Translations under genes and position numbers: made by a program
Shown here: positions 35,863 to 44,947 of the stretch, in pieces
How positions within the stretch are numbered: position 1 is the first letter of the stretch
Layout: every line of letters begins with the position of its first letter
Notes under the pieces: generated by a model
What the model saw: the letters and a program-made list of their open reading frames with translations, nothing else
Told to the model about the DNA's origin: nothing
The model's database searches: none
Assembly: GCA_028867115.1 (NCBI GenBank)
Contig: JAGWGY010000001.1
Coordinates: 8,380 to 72,379 of the forward strand
DNA length: 64,000 nucleotides
Source of the DNA: Candidatus Micrarchaeota archaeon
GTDB taxonomy: Archaea; Micrarchaeota; Micrarchaeia; Micrarchaeales; CABMGC01
Direction of reading: 5' to 3'

Positions 35863-36456
35863 TTACTGTCTTATGCTGTCCCTGAACAGTATGTCACCGC
35901 TTATCGCGCTCTGCATGCCCTGTAGCACGCTGACAGCATGGAAATTCCTCTGATTGAGCCCGCTGTCAGGAGCGTGTTTTGAGGTCGCCTCATCAATCAG
36001 GACCAGCAGGGCGGCGCTCAGTGCCTTTGCAGGCTCTGTTTTGCTGAATGCGAATATCTCCGCGCAGCTCACTTTATGTTTCTGTTTTTCATTTCTATGA
36101 AGCGCCTCGAATGCGCGTTTTGTCATCTTAATATCGCTGGATTTCCAGGCGTCTTTGGAGTATGTTGGTTCGTATAATATGAAGTAGCTGCTCCCCGCCC
36201 AGCTCTCGCCCCTTTTTTTCTCCCTGAAGTGTATATTCCTGAGATCGCGAAGGTTGTGCACCCTGATATGGTAGACCTCGCTTGAGAAATTTGGCCTTAT
36301 CTCAAATGAGACTATCCCAAATTCCTTCATGCCGTCTTCTGGCGTGATTGCGGCCCTTACTGAATAGCTCTTGTCCTTGGATTTGCCAACATGAAATGTG
36401 CCTATGCCGCTATACCTTTCAAAATCGTAGCCATTGAAAACGGACTTCTGCCTCAT
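35863..36456 (-). CDS. hypothetical protein
   Basis: 197-aa ORF, no recognised motif. Confidence 0.35.
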   Translation of the reverse strand: MRQKSVFNGYDFERYSGIGTFHVGKSKDKSYSVRAAITPEDGMKEFGIVSFEIRPNFSSEVYHIRVHNLRDLRNIHFREKKRGESWAGSSYFILYEPTYSKDAWKSSDIKMTKRAFEALHRNEKQKHKVSCAEIFAFSKTEPAKALSAALLVLIDEATSKHAPDSGLNQRNFHAVSVLQGMQSAISGDILFRDSIRQ

Positions 36457-36520
36457 TCAATCGGGACTAATCGTCTTGCCCCGTTTTTATACATATACTT
36501 GAGGAACGTTTAGAACAGAA

Positions 36521-36609
36521 TGGGCCCAAGGGGATTTGAACCCCTGACATCTGGCTTTCTTACGGATTGATATAAGACCAGCGCTCTAACCAGGCTGAGC
36601 TATGAGCCC
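36521..36609 (-). tRNA. tRNA-Ile (anticodon UAU) with 14-nt intron at 37/38
   Basis: Minus strand GGGCTCA-TA-GCTC-AGCCTGGTTA-GAGC-G-CTGGT-CTTATA[TCAATCCGTAAGAA]A-GCCAG-ATGTC-AGGGG-TTCAAAT-CCCCT-TGGGCCC-A; 4-bp CTTA/TAAG helix flanked by 3-nt bulges (relaxed BHB); no encoded CCA. Confidence 0.8.
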
Positions 36610-36673
36610 CCAAAGTACACTATTATATTCGTTAACATTTTAATATTAATACTACTTTTGCGCGTTGGTTGCG

Positions 36674-37978
36674 ATGGATCTAGGAGAGGGTTTGAGGAAG
36701 GCGATCGCAAGGCTGAGCGGCGCCACAATCATAGATTCGAAGAGCATCAGGGAGTTCAACAAGGAGCTGCAGAAAGCGCTGCTCGGCAGCGATGTTGAGG
36801 TCAAGCTCGTCCTTGCCCTAACTAAAAAGATAGAGGAGGCTGCGCTAAAGTCCGACCTGCCCGAGGGAGTAACGCCAAGGGACTACATCACGAACCTCGT
36901 GTATGAGGAGCTCGTGAAGCTGATGGGCAAGAAGTATGAGCCTGTTCTCGAACCGAAGAGGATACTGCTCCTCGGGCTTTACGGCTCCGGTAAGACGACC
37001 ACGTCAGCAAAGCTCGCGAAGTTCTACCAGGACAGGGGCCTCAGCAGCGCTCTTGTGTGCTGCGACGTATCAAGGCCGGCCGCCTACGAGCAGCTGGAGA
37101 CTCTCGCAAAGCAGGCCGGAGTAGGGTTCTTCGGCATAAAAAACGAGAACAGTGTGCGCAGGATCGTGAAGGGCGCGGTTAGCGCGCTAAAGGACAAGAA
37201 AGTGGTGATATTCGACTCAAGCGGCAGGAACGCGCTTGACGCCCAGCTGATAGAGGAGCTCAAGGAGATAAACTCCGAGGCGGATCCGAAGGAGAAGATA
37301 CTCGTCATAAGCGCAGACATAGGGCAGGTCGCTGGCAAGCAGGCAAAGGAGTTCGATGAGGCAGTGAGGCTCACCGGGGTAATTGTCACAAAGCTGGACG
37401 GCTCGGGTAAGGGCGGAGGGGCGCTCAGCGCAGTGAACGCTGCAAATGTCAATATAACATTCATAGGCACCGGGGAGAAACTTGGGAACATAGAGCTGTA
37501 CGACTCGAAGAAGTTTGTCGGGAGGCTGCTTGGGATTCCTGACATAGAGTCGCTGATATCACACGTGCAGCAGGCGGTCAAGGAAGCGAACATCAATCCG
37601 GAGGAGATGGCGATGACAGAGCTCAACTTCGAGAGCTTCTATGCGCAGCTAAAGGCGATGTCGAAGATGGGGCCAATAAAGAACATGCTCGGCATGTTCG
37701 GGGTTGTGGACGCGCCAAAGGAGATGCTTGAGCAGAGCGAGGTCAAGATGAAGCGGTACAAGTCGATAATAGGCTCTATGACCGCCGAGGAGCGAAAGGA
37801 CGAGAGGCTGATGCACAATTCCGATAGGATAAAGCGGGTTGCTGTTGGCAGCGGCACGAGCGAGAAGGACGTTAGGGAGCTGCTCAAGGATTTTGGCAAG
37901 ATGAAGAAGATGGTCGGCGCGCTTCAGAACGACCGCGACATGAAGAGGAAATTGGCAAAATTCATGCCAAAGATGTGA
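36674..37978 (+). CDS. srp54: signal recognition particle protein SRP54
   Basis: GLYGSGKTTTSAKLA, DVSRPAA, TKLDGSGKGGGALS, Met-rich M domain. Confidence 0.9.
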   Translation: MDLGEGLRKAIARLSGATIIDSKSIREFNKELQKALLGSDVEVKLVLALTKKIEEAALKSDLPEGVTPRDYITNLVYEELVKLMGKKYEPVLEPKRILLLGLYGSGKTTTSAKLAKFYQDRGLSSALVCCDVSRPAAYEQLETLAKQAGVGFFGIKNENSVRRIVKGAVSALKDKKVVIFDSSGRNALDAQLIEELKEINSEADPKEKILVISADIGQVAGKQAKEFDEAVRLTGVIVTKLDGSGKGGGALSAVNAANVNITFIGTGEKLGNIELYDSKKFVGRLLGIPDIESLISHVQQAVKEANINPEEMAMTELNFESFYAQLKAMSKMGPIKNMLGMFGVVDAPKEMLEQSEVKMKRYKSIIGSMTAEERKDERLMHNSDRIKRVAVGSGTSEKDVRELLKDFGKMKKMVGALQNDRDMKRKLAKFMPKM

Positions 37979-38452
37979 CTACTTCCTCTGCGGCATGCGC
38001 AACACTATCTCGGTATTAGTGTCGTTAACTCCATCCGCCTTTCTTATCAGTTCTATGCGATCGTTGAGCTCCTTCTTATTGGGCGCATATATTATTGCCA
38101 CTACATCATGCTCCCCGCTTGTCTCGTAGATGTTTGATATCCACCCGTAATGGCGCAGATCATCTGAAACTTTTGAGGTCGTTACGCCCGGCAGTATTTT
38201 GATGTTGACTATCGCCTGATGATACTCCTCGCCTATGTCTGTCGTTGATCCGCCGAGTTTCTTTGCGCCCCTGAGACTTTTTATCCATGCCGTGACTTCT
38301 GCATCTTTCATCTTGAGAGACTTTGCCATCTCGGAAACTGAGGCGTTCGCATCGCGAACCAGCATTGAGATTATCTGCTGCTCTATGTATTCAGGGGATT
38401 TCGCCACTCCGCCCTTTTCCTTTGCAGCGCCTGCGTCAACTGACCTTTTCAT
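37979..38452 (-). CDS. Lrp/AsnC-like transcriptional regulator
   Basis: 157 aa; HTH (ASVSEMAKSLKMKDAEVTAWIKSL) plus RAM-like C-domain (IYETSGEHDVVAIIYAP). Confidence 0.6.
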   Translation of the reverse strand: MKRSVDAGAAKEKGGVAKSPEYIEQQIISMLVRDANASVSEMAKSLKMKDAEVTAWIKSLRGAKKLGGSTTDIGEEYHQAIVNIKILPGVTTSKVSDDLRHYGWISNIYETSGEHDVVAIIYAPNKKELNDRIELIRKADGVNDTNTEIVLRMPQRK

Positions 38453-38591
38453 ATTCCCACTTACTTATCATTATTTGGTTGGGTTAATTAAAACTCTCTA
38501 CAGTTTTGTACGATAAAGAATCAGATGGAGAGAAAAAGAAGAAAAGGAGAAAAGAAAAGAAAAAACAAAAGGTTTTACCTAGTTAAAGGTT

Positions 38592-38666
38592 TTACCTCCT
38601 TGACTTCTTTCTCCTTGTCGTCTTCTTTGCACTCTTTCTCTTAGTCGCTTTTTTTCTCATTGCCAT
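38592..38666 (-). CDS. candidate 24-aa highly basic mini-protein
   Basis: Hand-translated MAMRKKATKRKSAKKTTRRKKSRR; A/T-rich TATA-like AATATTTTTAAA about 20-30 nt upstream on the minus strand; followed by multiple oligo-T runs. Confidence 0.35.
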   Translation of the reverse strand: MAMRKKATKRKSAKKTTRRKKSRR

Positions 38667-38764
38667 TTTATCCCTTTTGGTAACGTTTAAAAATATTATT
38701 TAGAAAGGTATTTAGAGTGTCGTAATCTAAGCGTGCATTCATATAAACGAATTGCGCATTCTAA

Positions 38765-39895
38765 TTGCGCATTTTACTGGGGAATTATTTGGTAGACGAG
38801 TCACTCAAGAGGAAACTAGATGAGCTTCAGCAGGAATACTCCAAGACCAGCTACAACAAGGCAACCAACAAGCACCTTGGGATACTGCGCGCGAAAATAT
38901 CTAACATCAAGAAAAAGATGACCGAGAGGAAGACAAAGAAGGGGAAGGGATTCTCGGTAAAGAAGACTGGAGATGCGACAGTCGCTCTCGTCGGCTTTCC
39001 GAACGCAGGAAAATCATCGCTGCTCAAGCTGCTGACAAACGTGGACTCAAAAGTTGCAGACTACGCCTTCACAACCCTTGATGCGATACCAGGGATACTG
39101 CATTACAATGGCGCAAAGATCCAGGTGTTTGACCTTCCCGGACTGATCGAGGGAGCGCATCTCGGCAAGGGGGGAGGAGCGCAGATCGCAAGCGCAATAC
39201 GCGTCTCTGACCTCCTTCTATTCGTGATAGACTCTCGCAGCCAGCAGAACCTATACACGCTTGTGAAGGAGCTTTCTGATCTTGGAATACATGCAGGAAA
39301 GGAGAAACCGGAGATAAAGGTTGAGCGCACGAACTCCGGAGGGATAAAGGTGGAGAACAAGGGGTACAAGATACCGGACAAGGGCACAACAGCAAAGATA
39401 CTAAACGAATTCGGGATATACAACTGCAACATAAAGTTCTACAACGACTCCGGCGAGGACGACATAATAGACTACCTTGCAGGGAATGACGCTTACGTAA
39501 AGGCGATGGTCGCTCTGAACAAGATAGACCTGAACAGCGATTACCAAAAAGTTGCCACCGAGATATCAGGCAAAACAAAGATGAAGGTCGTTCCGATCAG
39601 CGTCCTCAAGGGAACAAACATAGACCAGCTCAAGGCGGACCTGTTTTCATCGCTGCACCTCTCACGCATATACCTCAAGCCAAAAGACGGCGAACCTGAC
39701 TACAAAAAGCCGATGATAGTCAGGGAGGACAGCACAGTATTTGAAGTTGCAAAGAAGATCCACACAGACCTTGCAAAAAGCCTGAGGTATGCATATGTCA
39801 CAGGCAAGAGCGTGAAGTTCCGGGGGCAGAAAGTGGGCAAGGAGCACGTGCTTGCAGACGAGGACATTGTCACGATGGTCTATCAAAACGCTTAA
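38765..39895 (+). CDS. DRG-family GTPase (Obg-like) with TGS domain
   Basis: G1 GFPNAGKSSLL, G3 DLPGLIEGA, G4 NKID, C-terminal TGS; exact start uncertain (TTG 38765). Confidence 0.85.
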   Translation: MRILLGNYLVDESLKRKLDELQQEYSKTSYNKATNKHLGILRAKISNIKKKMTERKTKKGKGFSVKKTGDATVALVGFPNAGKSSLLKLLTNVDSKVADYAFTTLDAIPGILHYNGAKIQVFDLPGLIEGAHLGKGGGAQIASAIRVSDLLLFVIDSRSQQNLYTLVKELSDLGIHAGKEKPEIKVERTNSGGIKVENKGYKIPDKGTTAKILNEFGIYNCNIKFYNDSGEDDIIDYLAGNDAYVKAMVALNKIDLNSDYQKVATEISGKTKMKVVPISVLKGTNIDQLKADLFSSLHLSRIYLKPKDGEPDYKKPMIVREDSTVFEVAKKIHTDLAKSLRYAYVTGKSVKFRGQKVGKEHVLADEDIVTMVYQNA

Positions 39896-39917
39896 TAACT
39901 TGCGATATTCCATAATA

Positions 39918-40406
39918 GTGGCGATTTCGGTGTCTATAAAGTACTGGGAGTGGGAGGATGCACCGCTTCGTGAGAAGCTAAAGAACCCTAACGTTAGGGA
40001 GATTGCAAGGTTCTATTTTGAGAACGAGACAAAGGCCAGCAGGCTCGCAAAGGCGCTGACCGAGGTCAAGAAGCGCGGAAACCTGAGGCTGAAGGACTGC
40101 GGGAAGGAGCTGCCGCTTGCCACGTGGAAGAGGTACCTCGACTTTGCAGTCAACGTCGGGATCCTAAAGCACGAGAGCAATTCCTACTCGTTCACTGACA
40201 GGTACTCAAAGCCCCTCAAGAACTTCGGCGAGTACATCAAGAAGTGGATGGAGAGGGAGGAGGCTGAGGACCTTGCGGTGCTCTTTGCAAATGCAAGGAA
40301 CGAGAGGCAGGTGAAGAGGGGAGGGAGAAGGATGATAAAGGAGAGCGAGGCAATAGAGGCCGAGCTGGAAGGGGAGGAGAAGAAGGAGGAGAACGTAGCA
40401 GCCTGA
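39918..40406 (+). CDS. hypothetical protein (possible winged-helix), acidic tail
   Basis: GTG 39918 chosen to avoid overlap with the DRG gene; ORF track starts 39852; tail EAELEGEEKKEEN. Confidence 0.4.
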   Translation: MAISVSIKYWEWEDAPLREKLKNPNVREIARFYFENETKASRLAKALTEVKKRGNLRLKDCGKELPLATWKRYLDFAVNVGILKHESNSYSFTDRYSKPLKNFGEYIKKWMEREEAEDLAVLFANARNERQVKRGGRRMIKESEAIEAELEGEEKKEENVAA

Positions 40407-40408
40407 TT

Positions 40409-41176
40409 TCAGCTTATGCTCTGGTTGACTATTATCTGGCCGTAGTTCGGATACGGCGAGCGGCCCTGCACAAAGTCGCCGATCGCTATGTACTGCTTGC
40501 TTGTTGTGTAGCTCCCCACCACGTCAGCCACCACCCTTATCGAGACATTCTGGCATAGTACCGTAGACATTGGCATGCTGCCGTTTAGGAACTGGCTGAA
40601 AGGATAGAGGTTGGACTGCGTGTATGTATTGAAGTGCGTCACGACCTTGGGCACGCCGTTGGCAAGGATCTCGACGTACAGCGCGCCGTTCTGCGGCGAT
40701 ATTATCTTGAAGTTTAGGAAAGGCTCTGTCACAAGGAACGTATTTGATGTGAGGTTGCCTGGCTGGACGCCCAGGCCGCCGTGGAAGGTGCTTGCGAAGA
40801 ATGTTCCGTTATATCCGATCCAGGTGTGGTTGAAGTACCCGCCGTTCTGGTTTGCCTGAGTTGAGTTGAGGGGCGCAAGGCCGAATCCCCCGCCGGTCTG
40901 GTTCCATCCTTCGTATGTCCCCGTAGAAAAGTTGCCATTGAATATTTTTACTGTTGGTGAAGAGGAGAGGCAGCTTGAGAAAGGCACCGTCGTGGTCGAG
41001 AGCACAATCGTTGTGCTGGCTGAGGATACGGGGGTTGTGGTTGTGGGAACGCTCGTCGTGGCTTTCGAAGGTATCGATGTAGTCGTCACTATCCCTTTCG
41101 CGGGATTGTATGTGAAATAGGCGAATATTCCTATGACTACTAGTATCCCTACATAAACGAGGACCGACTTCTTCAT
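40409..41176 (-). CDS. membrane-anchored surface glycoprotein with Thr-rich stalk and jelly-roll-like domain
   Basis: 255 aa; N-terminal TM (VLVYVGILVVIGIFAYF), T/S-rich stalk, FNGNFSTGTYEGWNQTGGGFG pattern, about 9 N-x-S/T sequons. Confidence 0.55.
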   Translation of the reverse strand: MKKSVLVYVGILVVIGIFAYFTYNPAKGIVTTTSIPSKATTSVPTTTTPVSSASTTIVLSTTTVPFSSCLSSSPTVKIFNGNFSTGTYEGWNQTGGGFGLAPLNSTQANQNGGYFNHTWIGYNGTFFASTFHGGLGVQPGNLTSNTFLVTEPFLNFKIISPQNGALYVEILANGVPKVVTHFNTYTQSNLYPFSQFLNGSMPMSTVLCQNVSIRVVADVVGSYTTSKQYIAIGDFVQGRSPYPNYGQIIVNQSIS

Positions 41177-41363
41177 GGGTTCACTACACCTATTCTTGGA
41201 TGTATATTATTTAAACATTATTAAAAGCGCCCTGAAGGCGCCTTGGGATTTTGGTGGCTTGTAGTGGCAGTGCGCTCTGGTTTAAAAACATATATAAAGG
41301 TTTTTATACTAATACATTTTTATCTAACCATCTTGTTAGAGCTAGTGCTGTGGCCTAGGTGAA

Positions 41364-41618
41364 TTGTTGGCGGGAGAGAGAGAGCAATCCATCGTATCTT
41401 ACGAAAACGTTTTGGTACCAAAACACGAGATCCTTAGCGACGCAGAGGCAAAGAAGGCCCTCGAAGAGCTCGGAGCAACTGGAGAGAAGCTCCCGAGGAT
41501 TTTGTCCACCGACCCTGCGCTTGCCGGAAAGGCAAAGCCTGGACAGGTGATAAGGATACACAGGGAGGACCTGAAGGGCAGGAAGTACCTCTACTACAGG
41601 ATAGTGATAGAAGGCTAG
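41364..41618 (+). CDS. rpoH: RNA polymerase subunit H (Rpo5)
   Basis: 84 aa; LVPKHEILSDAEAKKALEELG...LPRILSTDPA...GQVIRIHR. Confidence 0.88.
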   Translation: MLAGEREQSIVSYENVLVPKHEILSDAEAKKALEELGATGEKLPRILSTDPALAGKAKPGQVIRIHREDLKGRKYLYYRIVIEG

Positions 41619-41621
41619 GCC

Positions 41622-43106
41622 TTGGTGAAATCTATGGGAAATGAACTTATTGACGCTTACGTAACATCAACCTCTCTTATGCAGCACCAGATAGAGAGCT
41701 ACAACAGGTTCCTCGATTTCGGACTGCAGAAGATAATAGACAAGCAGGCATCGATAGAGCCGAATGTCGAGGGATTCTCGCTCAAGCTGGGCAAGATCAG
41801 GCTTGACAAGCCATCGATAATCGAGGCTGACAGCTCGAGGAGGAATATCTTCCCGAACGAGGCGAGGCTGCGAAACCTGACATATGCTGCGCCAATGTTC
41901 CTTGAGTTCGTACCGGTAGTCAGGGGGATAGAGAAGCCCGCGTCATACGGAGAGGTATTCGTTGGCGAGCTTCCGGTGATGCTCAGGAGCAGCATCTGCC
42001 ACATGAAGGTGATGACAAAGTCGCAGCTGCAGGAGAACGGGGAGGACCCGGAGGATCCTGGCGGATATTTCATAATCAAGGGGACCGAGAGGGTCCTTAT
42101 CGGGCTCGAGGACCTTGCGCCAAACAGGATAATGACAACCCGAGAGAAGGGAGGAGCAGAGGTCGTGAGCAAGGTGTTCTCTACCGCCGCAGGCTTCAGG
42201 GCAAGGTGCGTCGTGACTAGGGACCAGCACGGAAACCTTAATGTCAACTTCCCGACTGCGCCTAAGGCGATAAACTTCACGATGATGCTGCGCGCTCTGG
42301 GCGTGCAGGCAAAGGAGATACTGGAGATGGCAGACGACATACAGGCGGTCAAGAACGACCTGCTGCTCAACATAGAGATAAGCGACGCAAAGGACATGGG
42401 CCCTACCGACGCAATACTCGAAATCGGGAAGCTCGCTGCGCCAGGGCAGGCAAAGGAGTACCAGCAAAAGAGGGCTGAGACGCAGATAGACACATACCTG
42501 CTGCCGCACCTCGGGACCGACCCTGCCGCAAGGAAGGAGAAGGCAAGGTACATAGTTGAGATGGCAAAGAAGGCATCGCTCGTTTCAAACAGGTACGTCA
42601 AGCAGGACGACAAGGACCACTACGCAAACAAGAGGGTGAAGTTCGCAGGCGAGCTGATGGAGGAGCTCTTCGCATACGCGTTCAGGTTCTTCGTGAAGGA
42701 CGTGAAGTACCAGATAGAGAGGACGAGCGCAAGGGGTAGGAAGATGACGATTCAGACGATCATCAGCCCAGACACGCTAACAGAGAAGATCAACTACGCA
42801 ATGGGCACAGGGACATGGGTCGCAGGACAGACCGGAGTGTCGCAGGTTCTTGACAGGACGAACCTGATCAGCACGTACACCCACCTGCGAAGGATCAAGT
42901 CGCCGCTTGCAAAGAAGCACCCGCACTTCCGCGCAAGGGACGTTCACGGAACGCAGTGGGGCAAGATCTGCCCGTCTGAAACGCCTGAAGGTCAGGAGGT
43001 AGGGCTCACCAAGTACCTTGCGGTAATGGCAAAGGTTACAGTGGGGGCAGATGAGAAGCTTACTACACAGAAGCTCAAGGACGTTGGCGGGCTAGAAGAG
43101 GATTGA
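41622..43106 (+). CDS. rpoB2: RNA polymerase subunit B'' (Rpo2 N-terminal half)
   Basis: 494 aa; QHQIESYNRF, GYFIIKGTERVLI, ...LRRIKSPL...CPSETPEG; TTG 41622 or ATG 41634 start. Confidence 0.92.
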   Translation: MVKSMGNELIDAYVTSTSLMQHQIESYNRFLDFGLQKIIDKQASIEPNVEGFSLKLGKIRLDKPSIIEADSSRRNIFPNEARLRNLTYAAPMFLEFVPVVRGIEKPASYGEVFVGELPVMLRSSICHMKVMTKSQLQENGEDPEDPGGYFIIKGTERVLIGLEDLAPNRIMTTREKGGAEVVSKVFSTAAGFRARCVVTRDQHGNLNVNFPTAPKAINFTMMLRALGVQAKEILEMADDIQAVKNDLLLNIEISDAKDMGPTDAILEIGKLAAPGQAKEYQQKRAETQIDTYLLPHLGTDPAARKEKARYIVEMAKKASLVSNRYVKQDDKDHYANKRVKFAGELMEELFAYAFRFFVKDVKYQIERTSARGRKMTIQTIISPDTLTEKINYAMGTGTWVAGQTGVSQVLDRTNLISTYTHLRRIKSPLAKKHPHFRARDVHGTQWGKICPSETPEGQEVGLTKYLAVMAKVTVGADEKLTTQKLKDVGGLEED

Positions 43107-43110
43107 TTAT

Positions 43111-44943
43111 TTGGCAAAGAGAGCAATAAATGATAAATGCTATGTTTACATAAACGGCAAGATACTCGGCTACGTAAAGGACGGGAGGGCGTACGCAAAC
43201 GAGATCAGGACCGCGAGGAGGGGAGGAGTACTCTCCGGAGAGGTGAACGTCTCATACGTCAAGAAGCTCAATGCAGTCCACATAAACACAGACAGCGGAA
43301 GGATCAGGAAGCCGTACATAATCGTCGAGGGCGGCAAGTCGAAGCTCACCCCAGAGCTGATCGAGAAGCTTCAGAAGAAGGAGGTTGACTTCAACTACCT
43401 GCTGAGGCACGGAGTCCTCGAGTACCTAGACGCTGAGGAGGAGGAGAACGCCCTTGTTGTCTTCAAGGAGGCTGATGCCACACCTGATACGACGCACCTT
43501 GAGGTCGACACAACTTCCATATTCGGATTCACGCTAAACACATCCCCATTCCCGGAGCACAACAACGCTGCAAGGCACGCGATGCTCTCGAACTTCATCA
43601 AGCAGAGCCAGGGACTCTACGCGACGAACTTCAACCTGAGGTTCGACTCGAGGGCGTACTTGCTTTTCTATCCGCAGGCCCCGATCGTGAGCACGGCGGT
43701 TTATGACGCCGCAAGGATGCAGCAGCACCCTAGCGGGCAGAACTTCGTTGTCGCGCTAACCACGTACTACGGATACAACATGGCAGACGCCATAGTGATA
43801 AACAAGGGCGCAGTTGACAGGGGGCTTGGAAGGAGCATGTTCTATAAGACATACACTGACGAGGAGAGAAGGTACCCTGGAGGCCAAAAGGACGTGTTCA
43901 GGGTTCCGCCTCCGACTGCAGAGGGGTATCTTGGAGAGCACGCCTACTCAAAGCTCAGCGAAGACGGGATAATCGAGCCCGAGACCACGGTCGAGGAGGG
44001 GGACGTACTCATCGGAAAGGTGGCGCCGCCTAGGTTCCTTGAGGAGAGCATCAGCGCAAGCGGGCTTGAGGAGAAGATCAGGGACGACTCGTCCACACTG
44101 AAGGCAGGAGAGCGCGGAGTCGTCGACAGCGTAGTGTTCACAGAATCAACAGGGGCGACGAAGGTCGTAAAGGTCAGGATAAAGAGCCTGCGAATCCCAG
44201 AGAAGGGGGACAAGTTTGCAAGCAGGCAGGGTCAGAAGGGAGTAGCAGCGTACATAGTGCCGCAGGAGGACATGCCTTTCAACGACCACGGAATAGTTCC
44301 GGACCTTTTGCTAAACCCGCACTCTGTACCTAACAGACTTACATTCGGGCACCTGCTTGAGGAGATCGCAGGAAAGGCTGGCGCGCTTTCGGGAAAGAAG
44401 ATTGACGGGACAGCATTTGCAGAGAAGGGATCCTCCAGAATTGAGGAATATGGAAAGACGCTGGAGGAGAACGGATTCGACAAGTTCGGGGACGAGACAC
44501 TCTATGACGGGATAACAGGCAGGAGGTTCAAGGCGAAGATATTCAACGGGATCGTATACTACAACAGGCTCTACCACATGGTCAGCAACAAGCTGCAGGT
44601 GAGAAGCCGCGGACCGGTACAGATACTCACCCACCAGCCTACGGAAGGAAAGGCAAGGCAGGGAGGTCTGCGATTCGGAGAGATGGAACGTGACGTTCTT
44701 GTAGGATACGGAGCAAGCCTGCTGCTCAAGGAGAGGCTGCTCGACCAGAGCGACAAGGCGACGGTGCTCATCTGCAAGGAGTGCGGGAACATCGGATATT
44801 ATGATTACATAAAGAGGACGGTTGTCTGCCCTATAGATGGCGGAACGGCGATGTCAGAGGTCGAGATAAGCTACGCTTTCAAGCTGCTGCTCGACGAGAT
44901 AAAGTCGATGCACATCTTCCCTGGGCTGAAACTGAAGGAGTGA
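43111..44943 (+). CDS. rpoB1: RNA polymerase subunit B' (Rpo2 C-terminal half)
   Basis: 610 aa; GDKFASRQGQKG, FGEMERD, C-terminal zinc ribbon CKECG...CP. Confidence 0.92.
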   Translation: MAKRAINDKCYVYINGKILGYVKDGRAYANEIRTARRGGVLSGEVNVSYVKKLNAVHINTDSGRIRKPYIIVEGGKSKLTPELIEKLQKKEVDFNYLLRHGVLEYLDAEEEENALVVFKEADATPDTTHLEVDTTSIFGFTLNTSPFPEHNNAARHAMLSNFIKQSQGLYATNFNLRFDSRAYLLFYPQAPIVSTAVYDAARMQQHPSGQNFVVALTTYYGYNMADAIVINKGAVDRGLGRSMFYKTYTDEERRYPGGQKDVFRVPPPTAEGYLGEHAYSKLSEDGIIEPETTVEEGDVLIGKVAPPRFLEESISASGLEEKIRDDSSTLKAGERGVVDSVVFTESTGATKVVKVRIKSLRIPEKGDKFASRQGQKGVAAYIVPQEDMPFNDHGIVPDLLLNPHSVPNRLTFGHLLEEIAGKAGALSGKKIDGTAFAEKGSSRIEEYGKTLEENGFDKFGDETLYDGITGRRFKAKIFNGIVYYNRLYHMVSNKLQVRSRGPVQILTHQPTEGKARQGGLRFGEMERDVLVGYGASLLLKERLLDQSDKATVLICKECGNIGYYDYIKRTVVCPIDGGTAMSEVEISYAFKLLLDEIKSMHIFPGLKLKE

Positions 44944-44947
44944 TTGT

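Noticed and set aside
41225-41245. GCGCC-CTGAA-GGCGC hairpin in the rpoH upstream region, considered as a terminator
   Set aside because: It lies between two divergent gene starts and so is not downstream of any gene. It is short, has no oligo-T, and its significance cannot be judged by eye.
41699-42613. 304-aa minus-strand ORF antisense to rpoB'' (and 19725..20435, 20144..20767, 23722..24627, 37084..37626 antisense to other confident genes)
   Set aside because: These are shadow ORFs opposite confidently identified genes, with no motifs and low-complexity composition.
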